DNA from: a virus
Virus record (IMG/VR): IMGVR_UViG_3300046010_015054
Location: 32,001-96,000 of that record
Strand: one strand, 5' to 3'
Length of the DNA: 64,000 nt
The first letter of the stretch is position 1. Each line of letters begins with the position of its first letter. The translations under genes and the position numbers were made by a program. Positions 26,601 to 34,458 of the stretch are shown in pieces. The notes under the pieces are model-generated. The model had not been told where the DNA came from and searched no databases. It worked only from the letters and a program-made list of their open reading frames with translations.

Positions 26601-28312
26601 AAGGCTATCTCTTCTCGCATTATTTTGTTCATATGTGTGTTAGCAAACAAGGCCGATTCTTGGATAATACGCTGACCGGACAATGTAATACTCTCACTTA
26701 GAATAACATTACCATAACGAAAACCCCCTAAAGCAGTAGCACCATACAATGAGTTCAACAAGATCTTCATTGTATGTTGTAGTAAGTGGTATTGAGCCCC
26801 TTTCTCTTTATCACCTGCTTTATAAGATTCCTTCATTTTATTTTTATACAAAACCCTTTCTTCAAACCATTTAGCAAGAATAGTTTTCAATACTGAATCG
26901 AAATCTGTTCTATACATAACACCATTAGCAGACACTGCAAATCCCATATCTTCAATTAGATTTATAAGTTTCCCAGCCTCTATCTTGGTTCGTTTTCTGG
27001 ATGAATTTTCCAGTGTAAGTTCGGTTTCCGGATTTAGTTTTTTCAAATCATTTAATCCGTAACGGCAGTTAAATATTTCCTTTCCTTCCACTATAACTTT
27101 CTCATTTGGTATAATTATACGCCCTACTAGCGTTTCTTTACCAATGTTTAAAGACATAATAATAGATGGGTATAGAGAAGTTAAATCTTCGTCAAACATA
27201 TACTTATATAACCCTGCTTGGGGGCAAAATAAGTAACCACCGGCGTAGTTCAACTTAGTAATTGGGTTTTTATCGCGGCTAGGCGGTATAGTACCTTGAG
27301 ACAATAGGTAAGCACTAATTGCGCCGTCGTGAATCATGCTGTTTTTATAGACGTCACTATAATTGATCTTACCTTTGTGGGCTAGGTTTTTTGTTAACGA
27401 AATATATTGAAATTTTTCGTCTAACGCTTTTAAGATCTCAACATCTCGAAAGTTATATTGAATAAAAGTTTGAATATCTTCTTCAAACAACCGATCTAAA
27501 CTACCTTCGTATTCAATTTTTTCTAAACCAACGTATTTTTTACCTAACGCATCTAATTTATACGAGGGTTCATCTTTAAAGCTATATTTTTTGTGTAGCT
27601 TCATGTAGTCAAGATTTTCAACTCCCGCCATTAGTAGGGGTTGGTCTTTATTCCACTCACTTTGGTCGTAAACAATGTTAACCGGAGAGATAGCACTAGC
27701 GATTTCTTGGTCGAATACATTAGAGATGCGGTAGTAGAGGTAGGGTATGTCGAAATAATCGCTATTATACCCTATGAGTATATCCGGATTAATTTCGCGC
27801 ATTCTTATTAAGAAAGTTTCTAAAAGCTTTTCTTCGCTTTCACAAGGAACAATTTCTTTATTTTTAGCTTTGGTGTGCTTTAATTGTCCTTTTTTATCTA
27901 AAATAAGAATTACCCATTGATCCTCTTGTTTGTACCACCATGCAATTGAAGTAACGGGTTTGGGAGCACTTTTGATATATTCTTCCGTAAGTGCTCCCCC
28001 CATTTCAATCTCAATATCAAAAAATACTTCTTTATGGGTTGTTGAAGGTTCATCATTAGTTCCATACTTTTCAACTAAAAACCTTTGGTAAGGTTTCATA
28101 TCGTTAAAATGAACTTTATTATCTTCTTTATCCCATTTGTAAGTTTTCCTAAGAGATTCTTTTTTTAAACCAACAAATTCTTCTTCTTGTTCGTCACATT
28201 CGATGTAGGCAGGGTAGTTCCACTCAAAATTAGTGTAACCCTTATCTTCCCATAAATGGATTTTATATTTGTTATTGCCTAATCTAGTAGCAAAACAAGA
28301 TTTGTAACTCAT
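26597..28312 (-). CDS. family B DNA polymerase, N-terminal subunit (3'-5' exonuclease, motifs A and B)
   Basis: FDIEI (ExoI), GYNSDYFDIPY (ExoII), YNFRD (ExoIII), DLTSLYPSII (A), KILLNSLYG (B); no motif C. Confidence 0.92.
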   Translation of the reverse strand: MSYKSCFATRLGNNKYKIHLWEDKGYTNFEWNYPAYIECDEQEEEFVGLKKESLRKTYKWDKEDNKVHFNDMKPYQRFLVEKYGTNDEPSTTHKEVFFDIEIEMGGALTEEYIKSAPKPVTSIAWWYKQEDQWVILILDKKGQLKHTKAKNKEIVPCESEEKLLETFLIRMREINPDILIGYNSDYFDIPYLYYRISNVFDQEIASAISPVNIVYDQSEWNKDQPLLMAGVENLDYMKLHKKYSFKDEPSYKLDALGKKYVGLEKIEYEGSLDRLFEEDIQTFIQYNFRDVEILKALDEKFQYISLTKNLAHKGKINYSDVYKNSMIHDGAISAYLLSQGTIPPSRDKNPITKLNYAGGYLFCPQAGLYKYMFDEDLTSLYPSIIMSLNIGKETLVGRIIIPNEKVIVEGKEIFNCRYGLNDLKKLNPETELTLENSSRKRTKIEAGKLINLIEDMGFAVSANGVMYRTDFDSVLKTILAKWFEERVLYKNKMKESYKAGDKEKGAQYHLLQHTMKILLNSLYGATALGGFRYGNVILSESITLSGQRIIQESALFANTHMNKIMREEIAL

Positions 28313-28935
28313 TATTTAAAGAATTGATTCAGATCAGGTTTAAAATAATTAATTGATTTCATTACTTTACGGTCTCGAGTACGATATACAACATACTTGT
28401 TACCAACCTGCTCATAGTGACAGCCTTCGCCTTGTTCTTGTGAACGTGTTTCAACAGTCTTTTGTGCCTCTTCTTGTGTAAAACAAGCTTTTGAAAGATT
28501 TGATGCCTGTACTTCCATATAAGCGGGCCAAATTTGATTCTTAAGGCCATGAAGCATAGTACCGTTCCCAAGGGATACATAAGCAATGTCACACAATGCA
28601 TCCAAAATTTCCACGATGTCTTGTTTTTCACAAGCTTGTTTATATTCCTCAAGTTCTTCCAAAACGAAGTTGTAGACAAAATCCCATTCAGATTTTGCTG
28701 GAATTGTGGGTGCATAATTGTTGGGTTTATTCATTAAGCTGTTGAACTCTTCAACCTCGCTTACGAATGGTACATATTTGGAATTGAATAATTTTGCAAT
28801 TCTACCTGCAGTTTCTTCAGCCCAATCTATTTCAGGGTTACGGGTTGCTTCATCTCGATCAGAGAATGAACGAAGTAATCCTAAACTATTAATTAATTCT
28901 ATTGTTATTAATTCTTTAAATTGAGACATGACCAT
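28312..28935 (-). CDS. MazG-like all-alpha nucleoside triphosphate pyrophosphohydrolase
   Basis: EELEEY...EILDALCD metal motif, SNLSK, KVMKS..Y.KPDL. Confidence 0.8.
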   Translation of the reverse strand: MVMSQFKELITIELINSLGLLRSFSDRDEATRNPEIDWAEETAGRIAKLFNSKYVPFVSEVEEFNSLMNKPNNYAPTIPAKSEWDFVYNFVLEELEEYKQACEKQDIVEILDALCDIAYVSLGNGTMLHGLKNQIWPAYMEVQASNLSKACFTQEEAQKTVETRSQEQGEGCHYEQVGNKYVVYRTRDRKVMKSINYFKPDLNQFFK

Positions 28936-29620
28936 TATTTATTTTAAGACTATCAAAGAATTCTTTACGAGCTTGGTTATCATTTTCCATGAACACACCT
29001 GATGCTTTGGTAGTTACCATTGCTGCACCTTGGTGATTAATACCTCTACAAGATACACAGTTGTGTGTAGCAACTACAGTTACAATTACACCACGATTAC
29101 CTTCACATACTTTATTTACTGCTTGGTGAATAGCTGATGTAAGTTGTTCTTGGATAGCACCTCGACGACCAAAATGTTCTACAATTCGGTTTAGTTTAGA
29201 TAAACCAATTACACGACCATTATCTCCAGCTACATAACCAATATGTACTACACCACGAATTGTTTGGTGGTGGTGTGAACACATTGATGTAAGTTGAATG
29301 TTACGTTCAATGATAATTCCATCATAACCATCTGAGGGGAATGAAGTAATTTCTGTAAATGGAGTATAACGGCCTTTCCATAAATCGTTTACGTATGCTT
29401 TAGCTACGCGACGAGGTGTCTCCATTGAGTTAGGGTCATTTTGCCAATCACATTTTAGTGCTGTAAGAAAGCGTCCAAAGTGCTCTGCTGCTTCCTCGAT
29501 CATTGCTTCTTTTTGTTCAGCTGAAAGTGGGAAATCACCTGCTACTCCGTTTGCGAAACCAACAGGAACGCATTCAATATTTTCGTGTTTTTTACGACGT
29601 TTATTTTCTATATTTTCCAT
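28916..29620 (-). CDS. folE: GTP cyclohydrolase I
   Basis: ETPRRVAK, SMCSHH, GLSKLNR, IQEQLT, HNCVSCRG. Confidence 0.95.
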   Translation of the reverse strand: MENIENKRRKKHENIECVPVGFANGVAGDFPLSAEQKEAMIEEAAEHFGRFLTALKCDWQNDPNSMETPRRVAKAYVNDLWKGRYTPFTEITSFPSDGYDGIIIERNIQLTSMCSHHHQTIRGVVHIGYVAGDNGRVIGLSKLNRIVEHFGRRGAIQEQLTSAIHQAVNKVCEGNRGVIVTVVATHNCVSCRGINHQGAAMVTTKASGVFMENDNQARKEFFDSLKINNGHVSI

Positions 29621-29643
29621 AACATTAATATAATAACTTTTTT

Positions 29644-30168
29644 TTAAAGAGCAAAGATAGATTTAAGATTTCTTTTATAACCCCCTGTTGAATCCATTCC
29701 ATAACCAATCAACCATTCATCCTCGCATTCAAAAGCATGTCTAAATGAAGATATAAGACTATGAGGTCCTATAGGGTTAAATTCATTTTTAGCTCGTTTT
29801 ACTAGAGTAACAACATTGATATCTTTTGCACCTTTAATATTAAAATATTTAGCTAAAAATCGCATTGTTTCTCCTGAATCAAAAATATCATCAACTAAGT
29901 AAACGTACTTACCCTGCACTGATGTTTCAATATCTTTAGTGAGTTGAATACTGCCTCGTTCTTTACCTGAGTAGGATTTGACTCGAACAAAATCACATTC
30001 TACATCAATATCCATATTACGAACTAGATCTGAATAGAACATAAATGCTCCATTTAGTACTCCTACCATTACAACAGGTGTAGCATCATTTTTATGCTCG
30101 CGAGAAATTTGTTGAGCAATAATTTTGGTTTTAATGTCTATATCGTGAGCAGAATATAATTCAATCAT
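29644..30168 (-). CDS. hpt: hypoxanthine/guanine phosphoribosyltransferase
   Basis: VLNGAFMFYSDL, KSY, LVDDIFDSGET PRPP motif, IGYGMD. Confidence 0.88.
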   Translation of the reverse strand: MIELYSAHDIDIKTKIIAQQISREHKNDATPVVMVGVLNGAFMFYSDLVRNMDIDVECDFVRVKSYSGKERGSIQLTKDIETSVQGKYVYLVDDIFDSGETMRFLAKYFNIKGAKDINVVTLVKRAKNEFNPIGPHSLISSFRHAFECEDEWLIGYGMDSTGGYKRNLKSIFAL

Positions 30169-30170
30169 AA

Positions 30171-31109
30171 TTAATTAGATAAAGGTGCTTTGATTGGATC
30201 GTGGTGAATATAGTTTTTTAATTCTGCCGATACACTACCTTCCAACAAATCTAGTTCTGTTATCTCTACTGTAGGTAAAGTCATTGGTTTTCTAGTGATT
30301 TGTTCTTTTGCCTGTTCAACGTGATTTGAATACAAATGAACATCACCTAAATTACCAATCAATTCATCAGGTACCATGTCTACTTCTTTAGCAATCATTT
30401 CAAGCAATAATCCGTAAGAGGCAATATTGAATGGTAAACCTAAGAATGTATCTACTGAACGTTGATTCCACATTAGAGAGATTGCTCTGTATTTTCCAGG
30501 ATTAATAATCTTCTCTTCACGTGTAGTTGGTCTTGTATAAACTTGAAATCCGTAATGGCAAGGAGGTAGAGCCATATGTTCTAGATCATCAACATTCCAA
30601 GCTGAAACCATTAATCGTCTTGAATCTGGGTTTGTTTTGAGTTGATAAATTAGATTTTTAATTTGGTCAATATCACCACCTGCTAAATCAGATGATGGCC
30701 ACTTTCTCCATTGTGCTCCATAAATTGGTCCTAACTCACCCCAAACGTGTGCAAAAATAGGATCTGTTTTAATACGCTGAACAAAGTCTTCCATTGACAA
30801 TGGTTCATCTAATTCGTATTCCCATACAGTTTTATAACGTTTGTATGCATCCCCAGTCCATATGTTACATCCATTCTCAACCAAATACTTAATGTTGGTA
30901 TTTCCTTTCAAAAACCACAGTAACTCAGTTACCATAGTTTTGAATGCCATTTTCTTAGTAGTAAGCAAAGGATAACCGTCAGACATTTTATGTCTGATCT
31001 GACGACCAAATACTGAAATAGTTCCGGTACCTGTTCTGTCTTCCTTTTTTACTCCGTTATCTAGGATATCTTGTAGGAGTGCTTGGTATGTTTTATCTAA
31101 ATTGTTCAT
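30171..31109 (-). CDS. thyA: thymidylate synthase
   Basis: DRTGTGT, ELLWFL, SRR, MALPPCH, QRSVD, PFNIASY, HLYSNH. Confidence 0.97.
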   Translation of the reverse strand: MNNLDKTYQALLQDILDNGVKKEDRTGTGTISVFGRQIRHKMSDGYPLLTTKKMAFKTMVTELLWFLKGNTNIKYLVENGCNIWTGDAYKRYKTVWEYELDEPLSMEDFVQRIKTDPIFAHVWGELGPIYGAQWRKWPSSDLAGGDIDQIKNLIYQLKTNPDSRRLMVSAWNVDDLEHMALPPCHYGFQVYTRPTTREEKIINPGKYRAISLMWNQRSVDTFLGLPFNIASYGLLLEMIAKEVDMVPDELIGNLGDVHLYSNHVEQAKEQITRKPMTLPTVEITELDLLEGSVSAELKNYIHHDPIKAPLSN

Positions 31110-31279
31110 TTTACAAAACGTGTTGCAGAGTGAGTCCCATCTGGGTTATTTGTAAAACTGGCTAAGTTAATAAAATCTTGTTTATTTTTAATAGCATTAT
31201 GAACGACAACAGAAATAATTTTACCTGTAGAATCGTCTACTATAACATGTCCTTTATTATTTTCTAGTAGGAGCTGCAT
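31106..31279 (-). CDS. small hypothetical protein
   Basis: Track ORF 31106-31321; the ATG at 31279 (MQLLLENN) is more plausible given the upstream Zn-finger ORF. Confidence 0.45.
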   Translation of the reverse strand: MQLLLENNKGHVIVDDSTGKIISVVVHNAIKNKQDFINLASFTNNPDGTHSATRFVK

Positions 31280-31409
31280 CGTAACATTTTTTACAAATCC
31301 AAACAAAATGAGGAATCCCAAAGTTATTTCTTTCTACTTTAACTCCTTTTTTAAAAGTTATAGAATCTAAACAGTTATGGCAAACTATTTTTTCACTAGT
31401 TTTAGCCAT
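31257..31409 (-). CDS. 50-aa Zn-finger protein
   Basis: Not in track; MAKTSEKIVCHNC...WICKKCYDAAPTRK; TAATG coupling with the upstream ORF. Confidence 0.65.
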   Translation of the reverse strand: MAKTSEKIVCHNCLDSITFKKGVKVERNNFGIPHFVWICKKCYDAAPTRK

Positions 31410-31588
31410 TATTTTATTTTTTTTACTTCGTAAATATTTCCTGAAGTGGTGTTGGCTTGAAATAGTTCAGCTAATTTTGTAGCAGCACTCATAGATTCAA
31501 ACTCCATAGGAATACCCTCACTATCATTCACGATGATAGTACGAGGGATTCCTTGGATGTTAGTATGCTTAAAAATGACAAAAGGCAT
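31409..31588 (-). CDS. 59-aa hypothetical protein
   Basis: Not in track; MPFVIFKHTNIQ...YEVKKIK; TAATG coupling to the queE stop and to the next ORF. Confidence 0.65.
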   Translation of the reverse strand: MPFVIFKHTNIQGIPRTIIVNDSEGIPMEFESMSAATKLAELFQANTTSGNIYEVKKIK

Positions 31589-32370
31589 TAGACTTCACGT
31601 TTAGTATCAAAAGCAATAATATGTTCACGACCTGTAAAGTTATAGTAATTCTTAGTACACCAATCAATTACCATAGGATAAACACGAATTAGTTCTTGAC
31701 GATTATCTCCAGGAGGCATAATCCAGATTTTATCTTTTGGTACTTCTAGCTCATCCATAAATGAACGAATTTCAGCCCAAGTTTCTGGCATTTCATCTGG
31801 GTTAACGACTACCTTCATATGGTAGTCTGAATGATAAGCCATTGACTTTTTAATCGCGTCTTTGTTTAGACGTAGTCGATTGTGAGTATCAATGAATTTT
31901 TGATCTACAATACTCCCAAGAGGTGTAGTACCCCCAAGTACAGGCACGCTGTTACTAAATTTAGGGCTGAAACTAATAAGCCCAATAGGATAATCTGTTT
32001 CAAGGAAAGCAGACCCTTCTGTTTCGATCGTGATGATGATTTGCCTTTCATTTGCAAAGTGAGTTAGTTCGTTTACGAGTTTTGGATGCATAGTTGGAGA
32101 ACCTCCAGTTAACATCATCTCCTTAATTTCAGGATTTTGATCGTAAATGTTAATAATATCCTGGAAAGTGTATTTACCTTTTTCAGGGTGGATACTTGTG
32201 TACCAAGAATCACACCATCCACCTTCACCAAAGTAGCAGCGGTGGGTGCAACCCGTAGTGCGGACTGCAACAGTAGGGCGACCTGCTCGGCTACCCTCTG
32301 ATTGCACACAAGTGTATAATTCTACAATTGGTAGAATTTTATTGTAGTCTTCTATTCTTCCTAGTGACAT
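31588..32370 (-). CDS. queE: 7-carboxy-7-deazaguanine synthase (radical SAM)
   Basis: QSEG, VRTTGC, CX3CX7C, LTGGSP, IETEG, SPK, REH; next to queD. Confidence 0.9.
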   Translation of the reverse strand: MSLGRIEDYNKILPIVELYTCVQSEGSRAGRPTVAVRTTGCTHRCYFGEGGWCDSWYTSIHPEKGKYTFQDIINIYDQNPEIKEMMLTGGSPTMHPKLVNELTHFANERQIIITIETEGSAFLETDYPIGLISFSPKFSNSVPVLGGTTPLGSIVDQKFIDTHNRLRLNKDAIKKSMAYHSDYHMKVVVNPDEMPETWAEIRSFMDELEVPKDKIWIMPPGDNRQELIRVYPMVIDWCTKNYYNFTGREHIIAFDTKREV

Positions 32371-32372
32371 AA

Positions 32373-32837
32373 TTATCCTTTATAAAATGCTGTGTTTTTC
32401 TCGTGTTCACGAAATTCAACTTGAACTACTTTAACACGACCATCTGTTTCTTCTTGAATAAATGTATTTAATTTGTTGTAGAAGTACTCTGCAAAACGCT
32501 CTGCTCCTGTAGCTGGAATAATTCGTAGTTGAATTAGACCTTCGGTGTACATGTTATGGAAGTAAGAAAGGTATGGATCATCATCTGCAATAATTGTAGT
32601 ATGATCAAGCATATAATCCATCCATGCTTTAGGGTTCATACCATCGATAGTACCTTTAGCACGCTTCATACCTCCGAAGTCCCATACCCAGTTACGCTGG
32701 TCAAGTTCACCTTCGAACCATACTTTTAAACTTACTCCATAGCCATGAAGGAATCTACAATGTGTTCCTTCAGCTTTCCATTGGCGGAATACTGTTGAGT
32801 AGCCATCAAATACTTTTGTTGACCTAAAACTACTCAT
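32373..32837 (-). CDS. queD: 6-carboxy-5,6,7,8-tetrahydropterin synthase
   Basis: HCRFLHGY, WVWDFG, LDHT, AERFA, E-x3-N motifs. Confidence 0.88.
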   Translation of the reverse strand: MSSFRSTKVFDGYSTVFRQWKAEGTHCRFLHGYGVSLKVWFEGELDQRNWVWDFGGMKRAKGTIDGMNPKAWMDYMLDHTTIIADDDPYLSYFHNMYTEGLIQLRIIPATGAERFAEYFYNKLNTFIQEETDGRVKVVQVEFREHEKNTAFYKG

Positions 32838-33085
32838 TATTGATTGTAAAATTTAATCACATCATTCAAAGAACGAGCTCCTATAAAACGTGCTTTTTCT
32901 TGTCCGTCTTCAACTAAAATAACAGTTGGAACACTTTTAATACCATAAGTAGTTGAGGCATTAGGTTCATAATCAATATTAACTTTTTTTACATTTACAC
33001 CTGCATTTGTTACTTGATCCATAATAGGACCAAAAGATTGACATGGACCGCACCATGGGGCTGAAAAATACCAAAGTTGTTTCAT
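32837..33085 (-). CDS. thioredoxin
   Basis: WCGPC active site, VPT cis-Pro motif. Confidence 0.92.
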   Translation of the reverse strand: MKQLWYFSAPWCGPCQSFGPIMDQVTNAGVNVKKVNIDYEPNASTTYGIKSVPTVILVEDGQEKARFIGARSLNDVIKFYNQ

Positions 33086-33228
33086 TTTTTGTTTAAAAAT
33101 TGATAGTTAATAAAAAGAAACATAAAAGCAGCCGCCGTTAACCAACGACTCTCTGATGCTTCAAAAAGTGAGCTTGTTAAAAAACTCCAATGTCCATATT
33201 TCAAAAACCAAGTTTCGAATTTTTTCAT
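33082..33228 (-). CDS. 48-aa hydrophobic protein
   Basis: Not in track; MKKFETWFLKYGHW...YQFLNKK; ATGA overlaps at both ends. Confidence 0.55.
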   Translation of the reverse strand: MKKFETWFLKYGHWSFLTSSLFEASESRWLTAAAFMFLFINYQFLNKK

Positions 33229-33527
33229 ACTAATTCTTCTAATATACCTACTATTTCACTAAATATAAGAACAAGAGCAGCTGAGGTCAAGTCGAATGGG
33301 ATAAGAATATAACCAGTTATACGGATACTTGATTTAATAAAGCTCATAATTTTATGCCATTTTTGATTAGGCATATGTTTAAAATCTTTAATTTTAGTAT
33401 CTATTTTCACGTTTTTTGTACTTTTTATTTTTCCGTATAACTCAGGATTAATAATACTATCATCATGGTTATATTTATCGGATTTAAAATAGGTGCCTCT
33501 ACGAGCTTCTGTTATTCCATCACTCAT
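33225..33527 (-). CDS. hypothetical protein with C-terminal membrane segment
   Basis: Track ORF 33225-33554; likely start at 33527 (MSDGITEA) overlapping the queC stop; hydrophobic C-terminus. Confidence 0.55.
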   Translation of the reverse strand: MSDGITEARRGTYFKSDKYNHDDSIINPELYGKIKSTKNVKIDTKIKDFKHMPNQKWHKIMSFIKSSIRITGYILIPFDLTSAALVLIFSEIVGILEELV

Positions 33528-34398
33528 GATTAGATAGTACTTTAGATACTTCATTTATTACATGTTCCCAAGTTACAGGACCGGTCTCGTCAGCATACTC
33601 TGCGGGATCGGGGCGACCCAGCTTAATAAACGCTTCAACTCGTTCAACAGATGATGCTGATTTGTAATCACTAAACCATACTAGCTCAGTCCATCCAGGT
33701 TGCGTTTCAATAATATGTTGAAGTGGTTTATAAGAGGTATTAGTGCGTTTATAAACTTCATTAAAGTCAACTCCTAGATTAGCACACAATTTCTCTCCAT
33801 CTTGCAAAATAGTAAATTTATCACCTTCAAGATATGGAGTCCAATATGAAACTAATTCACTATCCCAGTTACCTACTCGAAAGGCGAGGTCATCAGCGTC
33901 ACGAAACTCTTGACGACAATCAGGATAAATAGCGTGATCACCTGCGTGAATACCTAAAGCAATAGAACATTCTTCTTTTTTTTCAGTAGCAATAGACAAA
34001 GCAATTGCCTGAGTAATTGAACTGAAAATCTTGTTTCGATTGGGTACTACTGTAGCTTTCATGTTTTCTTCAGCATAGTGACCTTCTGGTACCTCGGCAC
34101 CACCTGTTACTAGGGCTGAGTTAAGTAAATCAACTAAACCATCAAGTTTAATTACTCGGTAATTTACTAATGGATACGATTCTTCAAATCCATTTGGAGC
34201 ATGATCATGATGGAATACTCTAGTAGGATTATCATTAATATAATTTACCAGTGATTGGGCTCGATCAAGCTCTACTTTATGTTTTTGACCATAGTCAAAC
34301 GATACTGCTGTTACAGTATCAAATTCGCTTAGCGCTCTAAGCAATAGTGTTGAGGAATCCATTCCTCCAGATAACGAAACTACAACGTGTTTTGCCAT
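33520..34398 (-). CDS. queC: 7-cyano-7-deazaguanine synthase, lacking Zn-binding cysteines
   Basis: SGGMDS, FDYGQKH, TVVPNRN, YPDCR; the C-terminal Cys cluster is replaced by TNTSY...SDYKSASSVER. Confidence 0.9.
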   Translation of the reverse strand: MAKHVVVSLSGGMDSSTLLLRALSEFDTVTAVSFDYGQKHKVELDRAQSLVNYINDNPTRVFHHDHAPNGFEESYPLVNYRVIKLDGLVDLLNSALVTGGAEVPEGHYAEENMKATVVPNRNKIFSSITQAIALSIATEKKEECSIALGIHAGDHAIYPDCRQEFRDADDLAFRVGNWDSELVSYWTPYLEGDKFTILQDGEKLCANLGVDFNEVYKRTNTSYKPLQHIIETQPGWTELVWFSDYKSASSVERVEAFIKLGRPDPAEYADETGPVTWEHVINEVSKVLSNHE

Positions 34399-34458
34399 GT
34401 TTTGTATAAATATTTAATTTGCCATGTATTGTAAGCGTATAGGCAAACGCTTTTACAA
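34391..34458 (-). promoter_or_regulatory. candidate cis-regulatory hairpin/pseudoknot in queC leader
   Basis: Stem UUGU-(AA)-AAGCGU/ACGCUU-ACAA; loop UUGCCUAU is complementary to two copies of GGCAA within a 10-nt direct repeat, one of which contains the queC start codon. Confidence 0.45.

Noticed and set aside
34391-34458. Canonical preQ1-I riboswitch upstream of queC
   Set aside because: Loop length and sequence and the A-rich 3' tail do not fit the class I consensus as I recall it; kept only as a candidate new element
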